A stretch of 64,000 bases of DNA. Origin: Rhizodiscina lignyota (taxonomy: Eukaryota). The stretch is taken from the NCBI GenBank assembly GCA_010015805.1, contig ML978133.1:682001-746000 (forward strand), read 5' to 3'. The notes beneath the pieces were generated by a model. The model ran no database searches and was not told the DNA's origin. It saw only the letters and a program-made list of their open reading frames with translations. Shown piece after piece: positions 38,053-50,498 of this stretch. The position numbers and the translations under genes were made by a program. Each line of letters opens with the position of its first letter. Position 1 is the first letter of the stretch.

Positions 38053-39989
38053 ATGTCTTCCTCCAAGCTTGACCAATCCCTTGATACCATCATGGGCGAA
38101 AGCCGCCAGTTCGTGCGCCGCAACAATCGCCGCGTGAGAGGCGGAGCCAAGGCTATCGCAACACCCGTTGGAGGTGTGCATAAGCCAACGAGGGCGGCAA
38201 AGGCCGCGGAGAAGGTCATGGCTCCCACTGGAGGTCCAAGGTCTGGCGAGGGCAAGATCCAAGTCAGCAATCTTGTAAGTCACGCTCAAAGCTCACCGTT
38301 AAAGACGTATCGCTTACTGTTCGTAGCCGATGGATGTGGAAGAGAACCAGATTAAGGTATGTTAAGTGCGAAGCCAGCACATGCCTGGATTCTCCTCGCT
38401 CCTCGCCGTTATTTTACGATCGACGTTCAGTATATTTTGGACTCTTGTTGGGATCGGTATACCTCTGCCCTTCGAACACCGAAGGACCATTACTTGGGCC
38501 GAGGTCGCGTCGTTGCTCTTGCTTGAGATCTTTTCTAGCGGCATGATGCAGAGCATAAGACGACCTACGACGCCTTCATCCTGTGTATGCGCCTTGAAGC
38601 TTGTTGAGCAATAGATACGCCTGGCAAGCGTGCTCCGAGTATGGGCTGCGGATGAACAAGTACAAAGCAGATGGTCGCACGAGCTACTTTAATTTCTGGA
38701 ATGTCTCTCTCCAGTCGGGTGCGAGATAACAGCAGCATATGAATCAGCGAGCGGAGCAGTGATGAAGCAGTTCAGTATTCAATCCTTTGGACCTTCAAAC
38801 GACGTACATCTCACCGCCACCGATTCCTTTTCACTGCCTGTCGGCTTATTGCAACGATCTGCGAATGGCAACGTAGCATCGGCTGCGGAGCATACCCGCC
38901 GTCCCTTTATCGACACGGTCACAAGTTCAACGAGGACATCTTCCATCGACCACTCCAGCAATGCAAGGCTTCAGAACCATGAGGGCACTCGGCAAATATG
39001 CTTGGGACCATGATGGCTGTGTATCCTACCCTCTACGCAGTTCTCAGGTTTGTGGGAGAGAGGAAGATTAAAGAATGTTACCAATCATCTTCACTCTTTA
39101 TTGTGGATAGAGATGGCTCATGATGTGGATGATTTTGGGGGAAACGCGTTGCTGGGCATCGGACCTATTGGATTTCAACTGGACTGGACCTGGATATACT
39201 AACTGACTGCTCCCTCGCTGACCATGTGCTGCTTGTCCGCTGGTAACGTGGCGTGGCGATCATTTTGGCGAGCCGATCCCGCCACTGAGTTCTCTCTACC
39301 GTGTTCGCGATCGATACCCGGCGCTGCTATTCTATATCCGCACGCACCATTTTTGAAGAAGCTAAACGTTTGCCCAAATAGGATTACTTCCATTCCACGA
39401 TTGGCCCAGTCAAGAAGGTTCTCCTCACCTACGGCCCCAACGGTAAGAGCCGTGGCGTGGCTACCGTCATCTTCCACAAGCATGACAGTGCTGTCAAGGC
39501 TGCCAAGGATCTCGATGGTCTCAAGGTCGACAAGCGCCCCATGAAGGTATGCAATATTCAGTTCTCGTCTTTGCGCACCACATTTCTGACAATGAAGTAG
39601 GTCGAGCTCCTCGTCGCCGCCAAGGAGGTCCCCAACCCAGTTCCTGCAAGGAGCCTCGGAGATCGCATCGAGTAAGTTTCCAGAGAGTGCCTTCAAATTT
39701 GATCCGCACTAATCTTATCTTCAGCAAGCCGAAGTCCGCTGCCAAGCCGAAGCCTGCAACCGTTACCAAGCCTACCGGTAAGGGCACTGGTGGTCGTCGT
39801 GGCCGTGGAGGTCGTGGCCGCAACGTTGGTCGCGGCAAGCCGAAGACTGCAGAGGAGCTCGACGCAGAGATGGTCGACTACTTCGGCACCGACGCCAATG
39901 GCACCAACGGCGACGCTGCGATGGGTACGAACGGTGGCGCTGTCCAGCCTGCTGGCAACGCCGATGCTGGCATGGACGAGATCATGTAA
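38053..39989 (+). CDS. YRA1: mRNA export adaptor Yra1/ALYREF; introns 38275-38326, 38357-39381, 39547-39600, 39672-39724
   Basis: N-box KLDQSLDTI; RRM KIQVSNL|PMDV..IK|DYFHSTIGPVKKV..GKSRGVATVIF; RG-rich linker; C-box KPKTAEELDAEMVDYF. Confidence 0.95.
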
Positions 39990-41609
39990 ACGGCCTATCG
40001 TCGCCGTCTGCACAGTCCAAGCTTATCAGGATGAGTTTGCGATAGGAGTTGAAATTGCCCGGGTCTGCGGGAGGATTCCACTTTGTATTAAGAGATTTCG
40101 ATGGGATCACTTGATTTCATGCATGCTTCTGTTTCGGTTCACAGGAAAGGCGTAAGGGGAATGCACAGCCAATACGTGGGAAGTAAGGGGATTCTGCATC
40201 GAAGGGATCAAACATCATGTCGACAGGCACACAAGCTATCTCGAAATGACAATCAAGTACCAATACCATGATGTCCACTTTTGATTGGTACCATTCCTCT
40301 CCTGGAAATCCCCTAGCCCCGTCGCGTCGGATGCGAGCCGCAGCGGCATGTGGCGTTTGTGCGGAAGCTGCCCTCTCGAAAACACCACTCCGCCGATCAC
40401 CCCATCGCTGTGTTCGAGATTTAACGCAAATTGTGGGGTTGAATAGGAATGATAGATAGCTCCGGCCAATACCCACCTATCATGTTCATGCGGAGGACGG
40501 GGAAGTGCTGGAAACACTTTCACAGCAGCTCTGATTCTTAGTACGTTCTCACAATGAAGGCCAGGTTACAGCTCCATCGATAGGCTACTGCAGGCCGCGG
40601 CTAACATCGGCGGAGCGTTGACTTAGTCGCTTTCAGCAAGAGAGCTCCTATAGCACGTGGCTTTTTCTAGTTACTGATCATGCACTTAAAGTAGCTGCCT
40701 TTCGGCCGTTCGACATGAGACTTCGGGGGGATGTTGAGGAACTGCTTTGTAAAGGAGGAAAGCGACAACACGATATCTCCCGAAGGAGTCACCAAATATT
40801 CCCTTGCACAGCATGGATTCTGTTCAATATGCGACGTTCCTCATCCCCGCAAAATGTCAGAATGTCACTGCGGCTTACTCTCCGCACAAGTACTGCATTT
40901 GCTGTTTCTGCTGCTATGCACGGTAGATGGATGAGGTGGATTCCAGCTTTCAGCTGGAACATTCCGATGAGCTTGACTTCTTTTTACTCTCATTATATCA
41001 GCAGTGAGATAGCTGAGGGCGTCAGCTTTGCCAGCCTCGACCGTTTCGGAAACAGGAAACGGAAATGCTTTCGTGCAGGAGGGTTCGATTCCAGAGGTCC
41101 CCTTCGCGCGGAATACTGCCGAGCTGGTATCGCGAAGACCCCGTAAACAGCTCGAGCTCGACCGTCTTGGCGGCGAGTGTAGAGAGGTTTTGGAGATAGG
41201 GACGCACAAGTAGCTCCTGATGCGCCCCTCCATGCCCGCAATGAGCGGGGTAACCTCATCGATGGAGCTTCATGACGCTACAAGATCCATACCACCGAGG
41301 ATGGTGCACCAACCAAAGGAGCGCGCGGTGCTGCCCCCATTCGCCACGGTTGGGGTTTCGGCGGAGGTAGAGAGGTTGGAGCTATTCGAATCTAAGCGCT
41401 GGTGTTCTCGACTTGACGCAATGCAGCGCGGAGCGCTGGAGAATTTTCATCTTCAGGCAGTATAAAGCGTCAAGCCTTGCCCCGCTCGGTAGCTGACGTC
41501 GACTTTATCCCTCTTCACATAATTGTCAGCTGCGACTACCACTCCCTTATTTCAATTCATTGATACCCACCCACATAACCTGATCACATTCCACACCACT
41601 CTGCAAAAA

Positions 41610-43316
41610 ATGACGTCCATAAAGCTCAAGACGCCCACGACTGGCGAGTTTGAGCTCCCAACCGGACTGTAAGTGTTTTTAAGCTTATCGAACTGGTGCG
41701 GTCCTCAGCACTTTAAATTGTGGCGCTCCCGTCGCAAGTGTCGTGTCATATTTTAATCCCGTGGCTTCACGGCCATTCCAACGCGAGATCCGGGCAACTA
41801 TCTGCGCAATTACTAACATCTTTGTCATACAGCTTCATCAACAACGAGTTCCAAAAAGGCGTCGACGGCAAGACATTCGAGGTCATCAACCCCACAGATG
41901 AGAGCGTCATTTGCTCCGTCCACGAGGCCACTGAGAAGGATGTCGATCTCGCAGTCAAGGCCGCCAGGCAAGCCTTCGAGGGCTCATGGCGGAAGGAGTC
42001 ACCCGAGAACCGTGGCAAGCTGTTGAACAAGCTAGCCGTTCTGTTCGAAGAGAACATCGACACTCTCGCCGCGATCGAGTCGCTCGACAACGGCAAGGCC
42101 ATCACCATGGCCAAGGGTGATGTCGGCATGTGCGCCAGCACACTCCGATACTACGGCGGCTGGGCAGACAAGATTGAGGGCAAGGTCGTCGACACTACTC
42201 CCGATACCTTCAACTACATCAAGAAGGAGCCAATTGGTGTCTGCGGTCAGATCATTCCCTGGAACTTCCCACTGCTCATGTGGGCGTGGAAGATTGGCCC
42301 TGCCATCGCCTGTGGTAACTGTGTCGTCCTGAAGACTGCTGAACAGACTCCCCTCTCCGCCCTGTACGCCGCCAAGCTCGTCAAGGAGGCTGGTTTCCCA
42401 CCAGGTGTCGTCAACATCATCTCTGGCTTCGGCAAGGTCGCCGGTGCCGCCATCTCCTCGCACATGGATATCGACAAGGTCGCTTTCACCGGCTCCACCG
42501 TCGTTGGCAGGCAAATCATGAAGGCGGCGGCCGGCTCGAACCTGAAGAAGGTCACCCTCGAGCTGGGCGGCAAGTCCCCCAACATCGTCTTTGAGGACGC
42601 AGACATCGACAACGCTATCTCCTGGGTCAACTTCGGCATCTTCTTCAACCACGGCCAATGCTGCTGCGCTGGTAGCAGAATCTACGTTCAGGAGAGCATC
42701 TACGACAAGTTCGTCCAGCGCTTCAAGGAGCGAGCACAGCAGAACAAGGTCGGCGACCCATTCAAGCAGGACACTTTCCAGGGCCCGCAGGTCTCCCAGA
42801 TACAATTCGACCGCATCATGAGGTAAGACTCTCTTCACCCAAAACAGAAGTAAGATTTCTGACGAGTCATCCAGCTACATCGAGCATGGCAAGCAAGAGG
42901 GCGCACAGGTCGAGATTGGCGGCAACCGCATCGGCGACAAGGGCTTTTTCATTGAGCCCACCATCTTCAGCAACGTCAGCGAGGACATGAAGATCATGCA
43001 GGAGGAGATCTTCGGCCCCGTCTGCTCCATCAGCAAGTTCAAGACCAAGGAGGATGCCATCGCCCTCGGCAATGGCACCACCTACGGCCTCGCCGCCGCC
43101 GTGCACACCTCAAACCTCAACACCGCTATCGAGGTCTCCAACGCCCTCCGCGCTGGTACCGTCTGGGTCAACACATACAACACGCTGCACCACCAGCTGC
43201 CGTTTGGCGGATACAAGGAGAGCGGTATTGGCCGTGAGCTCGGCGAGGCGGCGCTGGATAACTACACGCAGACGAAGACGGTCAACATCCGGTTGGGCGA
43301 TGCGCTGTTCGGTTAA
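41610..43316 (+). CDS. aldA: NAD-dependent aldehyde dehydrogenase; introns 41669-41832 and about 42823-42873
   Basis: [24 protein letters not shown], catalytic [25 protein letters not shown]; strong codon bias; TATAAA at 41461. Confidence 0.95.
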
Positions 43317-44254
43317 GCGACGAGGTTCATGAAGAAAATGAAATTGGAATTAACGAAAAAAGGATGATGTATAACACGCGGTCTAACAGCATTTGGAACT
43401 TCTGGGATGTATATATCGATGCTTCTGATTAGTGAAGACAATGAAAAAGAGCTGCGCGTGAACCGAGAACTTCTAGTGCCACTTCTTCCGTCGTGCTTGC
43501 TGAAATCCATTGACATGTACGGCTGCTCTCTTTCCATGTTGCTCGTATGATGGGCTGAGATTCTGTAGCACCCGGCACTGTTACGAAGGTTAACCAACTC
43601 ACTCCGCTTACCTCCTTCGATCGAGTCCATCCTGTCTATAGAGGTTAGCTAAGTTATCCGATTCACCTTCTTTGGACAGGCCGGGACTACCTGCGGAGGT
43701 TGGGCAATCTGCTCAATATACGTTCGCTGAGAGAGCTCACACTATACGCAGAGCTTCCCTAACTTATTGGTTTTATCTTCTTCTACTGATGTCGCCCTAC
43801 CTGCGGATATTGGCTAAGCCATCAACTTAACTGCCCTCAAAAGAGCTTGCACTGCCTGTAGAGGTCAGGTAAGTCGTTTGCCATATCTTCCTCAAGAGGG
43901 CTCATGTTAGCTACAGAAGCTGGCCACGTTAGTTCCCCCGGCTTCGTCGAGCGATGTCGTATTATGTACGGACGACCCAGTCACCCAAGATCTATAGTAG
44001 ACGGCAGAGAGCTCTGAGCGCCTGTCGATTTTCTCCATGTGGTCCGTGGATTCGATCGAACTGGGAATCGTGGAGCGAAAAGGACACACTTCCTGTGGAG
44101 CGGCGGTATATATACACGGCAAAGGCGCTAGCCAACGCCCTCCGGTCTCGCTTTGGGTTGTCAAAGCACATAAAACGGCAAAAGCTGGTGTCAATTAAAT
44201 CAATACACAAATGGTATGGTCATCAATCATTCGTTCATTTCATCGTGAGCCACG

Positions 44255-46087
44255 CTAATTCCTAACAACATAGCTCTGGCTGTGCCAAAAGTCGCACAGT
44301 GGACTAGCATCCATATCCGGAATCGCCCCTATCATCGTATAATTGACGTCCATGATCGTGAACGAGTCGGACTGATTGTTGATATAAGTCGGCCACAGAG
44401 GCTTTGGCGTGCCGATATAGCTCACGGCATTCGGATCCAGGTGCGTCGTGAAGGAGATGTAGTAGTCCTTCATGATGTTCGCTAATGTGCCGTTTTGACT
44501 GGGCTTTCCGCCTTGTCCGGGGAGATCTGCGAGACGGGAATTAGCGATCAAGGGCATAACCATAGAGGAAGAAGGCACATACCGCCAAAGGAGGTGTTGA
44601 AGAGAAAGTCCTTGTCCGCACCATGCAGCTGCGTCCCGGCGTCGAAAATCATCTTCCACACTGGCACGTAATCCGACGCCGCGGTCGCCATGTAATATGT
44701 CGGGCAGTCAATGATGTAGTCGCCAAAGATACCAGCGCTCTGGAAAAAGCTAGAGTTGTAGTTAGAGGCGGGATAGAGCTCGAACAGGCGTTTGAAGAAA
44801 GATGGGGTGGCGGTGGGGAAGAGCGATTCGAAGCCTGTCACTACGTCTTGCATGGTGGAAATGTTCTTGTCGCGGTAGTTGAAGCCTTCGTAGCCGTCGT
44901 GGTTGGTCATTAGGGGCACCTGTCTCTCGTCAGCGCATGAGATCAGAGATTACTCTTGCGTTCTACTAGCCTTGCTGAAATGTCCTCGCTTGAAGTCGTT
45001 TGATGGTAGATCTTGTATGATAACGCCGTCCACATAAGGACCATAGTAGAAGTCTCCCCATCCGTAGTGGCCTGCAGCGTACCCTGCTGTCAAGCTATTC
45101 TCCTGAGCCTGTGCAAGATCATCCTCTGAGAGACCTCGCAAACAGGTTATATTGGTGCAGCCAGCCGCGTCCAGTAAGTCACGGTATTGTATCTCCACAA
45201 TATCGTCATCATGCAATGACTGCCACCATGGGTACTCTAGATCAGAAGTTAGCCACGCCCACCTGCCAGACAGTCACCGCAGCTTACCAGCGATTGCAGC
45301 CCTAAACGGCGGATTCTGTACACCTCCGTACATTGTCAAATGTAGTGACACGGAGCTGCCTCCCGCAGAGCCTCCAATGATCGTGACTTGGTCGGGATCT
45401 CCTCCGAAGGCAGAAATGTGCCTCTGAATCCATTCCAGCGCTAGTCGCTGGTCCAGAAGGCCAGCATTAGCCGCTCCGTGACGCTTGACCTCCGCGCCTC
45501 CGAGGAACCCATATGCACTCAAGCGGTATTGCATTGTCACGTATATCATGTTGCCTTCAGATGCATTGACGAGCGCGTACCCAGGATAGAACTCAGAGTT
45601 CCCCTGCGCGTACCCGCCGCCGTGTATCTGCACCATTACGGGCAATTTCGAGGACTTTGGATTGGCGGGCGCCTGTACGTCGAGCAGCAGGCAGTCTTCT
45701 TTGCCAATTGGGAGAACGGTGGTATTTGTCAACCGCCATCCCGGGAAGCCGTGTACGCAGATGACACCCTGAGAAGTCGCGTCTACCATCTGTCCCCGAG
45801 AATATGTGCCGCTCTGTTCGACAGCCCGAGGAGCCGCGAAGCGCAGGTCTCCCACTGGCGCCGCCGCATATTTCAGTCCAAACCAGGTAGTCACTCTGAA
45901 TGGAGTTAGCAGATCGCTTCAGACACCCGTCACCCAGGCACGCGCACCCAATGGACGAGTTCAACGCGCCCTTAAAGCGCGCATATCCCAGATCTACCAC
46001 CAGATCACTGCCATAGGGAGCAACAGACGCGCTCAGCGCCAAGACAGAGTGGAAGATGGCGATGCTGCTGAAGAGAAACGCCCACAT
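44255..46087 (-). CDS. Secreted type-B carboxylesterase/lipase (alpha/beta hydrolase), several introns
   Basis: Signal peptide, VVDLGY, GLKYAAAPVGDLRF, EDCL, IHGGGY, QYRL, NAGLLDQ, FGGDP..IGGSAGG nucleophile elbow. Confidence 0.9.
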
Positions 46088-47144
46088 AATGAGACACGAG
46101 AGCGCGAACGAGACCAGAGCAATTGTCCCAGCGGCACTCTGCGGGACTTTAGGACACGCCTGATTTATAACCATCACAGAAACTGATTCAAGAGCAAGAG
46201 AATATCCATTTACCCCGCGCATCTCTGCGGGGGACACGGCAGTGACCTACCTTGAAGCTCTTGCCTACGGAAAAGGCGAGCGCCTCACGATGCCGTGGGG
46301 TTTGCAATTGAAGGCTTCTCTCATGCCTTTGAGCGCGCTCCTCGGTCGGCGGGAGCTGAAACAATTGATGAATTGCACGCGTCATAGCTGTGGATTGAAA
46401 CTCTGGAGCTCCATAAGTTTTTCTCGACAGAACTTGGGACCGACGTCATTCCAGGATGTCAATGCGGATATGGTGATTTGAAAATTTTCTCGAGCTGGCC
46501 CTGCATGAGAAGGTATCGGCTTTCGATCCGTGCAATCGAAGTTCGTGGATCTCGCCAAGGAGAAGAGAGGGGATGAAGTGATTTCAGCCGGCATCTGCGA
46601 GGAGTCGGAGATTATCAGCGACCCGAAAGATGTTTGCCATTCGGCCCTAATGGTGGCATGGGCAGTACGAACGAGGAGTTCTTTAGCACTGATGGCGACG
46701 TGCCGCCTGAGTCCCCAGATGCTCGAAGAATTCGAAGAAAGTAAAGGGATAGAGATTGGGGAGCAGAGTGCCAAGTTTAAAGAGCCTATTCTCCCGCCCG
46801 CTCTAACCGGGGGCGTATCGAGGCGTTAACTCAAAGTAGAAGCCTCCCTGGTATTGGCCCCAGCATTGAATGAAATTCGCTGTATTAATAGGCGAGTGTG
46901 TTCGCACAGAGTGGTTCTAACCGCCCACAGAGCATTCCACTTCGTTCAAGCAGTCCTTTTCTCACTGGATTATGGAATATCGTTTCTTCAACTCGCGGCA
47001 GCAACTCAAAACAATCTGGTATAGAATTGCGTTGACATAGGGATATCTACAAGCCATTACAAAATACACCCTCTGTATTCACAAATGTTTGACTTTCGAA
47101 GCACTCGGGTATTCATATCGATTCTCATTCATGTCTCATCCCAT

Positions 47145-48986
47145 TCACGGCGGACGCTGTTGCTGCTGTTGCTCCAGCGCCTCCCTTTCCGCCTTCATCC
47201 TTTCTTCCCGTTCCCTCTTCGCCGCTTGCGCCGGGGCTCTCGTCTTAAGCTCTCCCGTAACGCCCTGAAGATAGGTCGGCACCTCCACCCCGCTCTTCAA
47301 AAAGAACAGCTTCAGATTCCTTGCTTTGTCTTTCAACTGCACCTGCGTCCTCTCCTTCAGCGCCTCGCTGATGCGGCCCCCAACGCCGTATAAGGCGAGG
47401 ATCTGGCTCCAGTGAGGGCCCTTTACTCGATCGAGCCCATCCATGAGAGCGCGCTCCTCCTCGGGGCTCCAGGGCTTGCGCTGGCTGGCCACCGATACTC
47501 TCCGGCTCGGTGGCGTCGACTTGCTAGTCGAAACTTTGCGAGCATTTTCGTACTGCATCAGCATAGGCGCCTTCTCGCTTCTCGACGTGCTGCTCTCAGA
47601 TCGTTCACGACCGGACGTAGTCCTGGATTTGTTCGAGAGTGACCTCTGTGGGAGCGGCTCTGGCTCCTGGTATATGGGGAACGGCGCAGAGTCTTGTTGT
47701 GGCGTGCTCTGGACAGAGACAGATCCTTGCGGATCAGGGCTGAAGATCATGCCAGAGTAGTCTGAGCTCATTGATGGGGTCGGCATGCTTGGATGGACCA
47801 CCTGTCGAAGGCAGTCGCTCAATACTCTGAGCAGGTCAACCCATTTCCACGTGGAGTAGAGTGGTCGCAGCTGAGGTGAGCTGTATTGCTCTGTCAGCAG
47901 CTGTTGTCGCCTCATGTTGACTTTCAAGGCCAAGTCCTGTTCCACAGGAGACAGTGGTGGGCTTCCGGGCCGCCGGCGTACAAGCTGACTGTGCATGTCT
48001 GCCGGGAAGTACTCGAGAAGCTCAGTCTGCGAAACCGTGCCATTATGCAGCGCTGCTATATACGCCTGCGTCTTCAGCTCTAAGAACAAGCTTGCCACAG
48101 ATTTGGTCAACGCATGTCCTTCTGGAAGGAAGACATCGAGGCATTGCTCGTGTAGCTGAGAGAACGGTATATCTCGTCCGGCAAAGATGATAACTGCAAA
48201 CGTCGCGAGGTTCGCCTTGCGTATTACGACGTTTGCCGAAGGTTCGAGGTTGAGCGATTGCGCATTGAGGAAGATGTGCTCTCGACTGACATAATACCCC
48301 TTCGTCTGGTCGAACAGAGCGACTGAAGTGTAATACGCTTGCCCACCGGGGCTATCCGGCTGGCTGGCCGTCTCGATTACCTCTTGCAAGTTGTTATGCG
48401 CAAGCGTCTCAAGTATTTGCGTAGCAAGTTTCTCGAGCACTGGCAAGCTCTGCTGTTTCAGCTGAAGGGCAGGATCGAACAGCTGCGGATCCCACGGTTC
48501 GGTCTGCGGATTGGGCTCGTTGAGGATGGGCGCATCGTGCATATAGCCTTGATACGAGGTGTTCATCGGATTCTCGAGCGCATTCTCGTAGGAGTGATAG
48601 AGCGGCTGTTGCTGGTGGTGCTGGTGGTGAGGATGCTGCTCCTGCGCAGTCTCGTGCATCAGGTAGTAGGAAGGGTCGGCGGGCGCAGGCTGGCTGTACG
48701 CCGTGTAGCCTCTGGAGTCCTGTCCAGCGAATGCGACAGCTCCATAGGCCGACTCGCCACCGTCATGCTGTGTTGTGAGATAGCTTGTGCGACGTCGCTT
48801 GTGCGGGTGCGAGTGGGCCAGCGAAGCGTCGGCTCGCCCGGCGAAGGAGTCGCTGTTGAGCGCGTGGTCGTGGATGTGGAGCGCTGGCTTCAGTCAGTAA
48901 GGCGACGCTTCAATGACCGCTCTGCACGTCTGGCGGGTGCTCTTTGGGGCGTTGAGGTCGCGATACTTACCGTCGGCGTCCATCAT
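47145..48986 (-). CDS. TBF1: Telomere-repeat-binding factor Tbf1-like (TRF-homology region + C-terminal telobox Myb); intron 48884-48970
   Basis: SLPVLEKLATQIL, IRKANLATF, LFLELKTQAYI, Myb RKPWSPEEERALMDGL..GPHWSQIL..RTQVQLKDKARNLKLFF. Confidence 0.85.
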
Positions 48987-50498
48987 CCTTAGCACTGCTA
49001 AAGGCATGTCAGGGCTGGAATTCTCGGAGAGGGTATGCCGAATTAGCCCTAATAAGGGCTTTCGCTTGCCTGCCTGCCCGCTGCGGAAGGTGAGAAATGC
49101 GGAGAGTGGACAAGCGAGCGGTAGCGCGTGGGTGTGCACAAGCACAAGGCTGAAGCTTGGTGCGATGGAACGAGGCAACGCAACGTTTGGATGCAAGGCA
49201 CCAGAGGAGATGGACGAGAGGGCTGAAGAGGGCAAGCAAGGCCGCCTGCCTGCAGCGCCGTTGTCGATGGACTGGTGGGTGCAGTGGATTTAGGATCGCT
49301 CCGGGAGGGCAGAGATTGAAGGGCCGTGACTGTATTTGATCCGCACCGCGAGTCCGCTTCCCATGCGCTTCAGCTCCCTGCGTGCCAGTGCCTGGTCTTG
49401 TTGGTCTTCAAGAGCGTGCGCCGCTCGAGCTTCTGTCGCGCTCAGATTCGCACATGCGTGCCTACGGTCTCGAGTTGAATGGGGTTACCATGCGACGCGC
49501 AACGACCGGGCTGGGGAAGATATTCCCAGAGCCGTCATTTGCCCTCGGATCCGGCCGTTTTGCCCTCTTTGGCGCTCCAGCGGAACTGATGTTTTGGTCG
49601 CATACAATTCGCAGATGTCTGACACCAATCGCGCGGGCGCCGTTATAATGTCAAAGCGGATCCGCTAGTCAACGGTGCTCAATAATGCGATGCGGGGGAG
49701 CGAGCTGGCTTCCGTAGCGCTCAGACGCGATGCTGTTGAACAGTTCGCGCGTCGAAAATGAGGCCTCGGACTTGCGAGATTCCAAGTTGAAATTCTTGAT
49801 GCTTTCTGGTGCAACATTTCGCACACTTTGATGGGACAAATTCCAGGGCAGCAGCAGCCAGCTCGACATTGTAAAGCACAGGCGCGTGTGCACGGCTCTC
49901 TCCGCTGTCTCAAGGATGGCAGGAGCGGAGCTGGAACCGTCATGCGCTTCATCAGGAAATCCTTGCGCTTGTATGTATATTAAGCATGTTAAGATCTGAT
50001 TGCGTCTCCAACTACTAAAGGTGTGTACTACACGCAATTTGAACTGCTCTGAATTTCTGACCGCTTTTCTTACGGCCGTCTGCGTCTCGAGCGCCATTTC
50101 ACTATGGGATTGCGATAGATGGTGTGAGTAGGATCCATGCGCGTTCGCCGAGTTTCACCATATGCAGCTGTGACAAAGAACACCGCCTGGCTTTTATATG
50201 ACATAGTAGTTTTGACGTCGGTGTGTATGGATACAAATACCTGCTTCAGCCATTTCATAAGCCAAAACTCTCCGGCTGAGTGGAAACCGCTGACGCATAC
50301 CAAACCGCGGCCTTCTAGAAACCCATCCGAGAGATAGCGTGCTTATTCGCGCCAGGACAGTGACAGCGTCAAAACCCAGCAAGATTGACGTAAGACACGA
50401 ACCCCGGAAATCTCAGCCTTGGGAACTGGTCTGGCGAAGCTTGACTTGAGTACGTAGCCCCTGGTAATTCTGCCTCGCGCCAAGATGCAGTTGATGCG

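Noticed and set aside
38759..38900. GTGATGA C-box in the YRA1 intron (intronic snoRNA?)
   Set aside because: No CTGA D-box at a suitable distance and no terminal stem.
41081..41095. GGTTCGATTCC, a tRNA T-loop-like motif
   Set aside because: The T-stem does not pair (GAGGG/CCAGA) and there is no acceptor, D or anticodon arm.
42032..42838. 268-aa antisense ORF over aldA (similarly 55571-56173, 50598-51200, 48339-48992)
   Set aside because: Shadow ORFs produced by strong codon bias on the coding strand.
41610..46087. aldA plus carboxylesterase as a metabolic cluster, or a cryptic PTS1 by read-through of the aldA stop
   Set aside because: There is no backbone enzyme or cluster regulator. The stop context is TAA GCG and the extension does not end in an SKL-like tripeptide.
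48963..48971. ATACTTACC resembling the U1 snRNA 5' end
   Set aside because: It is the reverse complement of the TBF1 intron donor.
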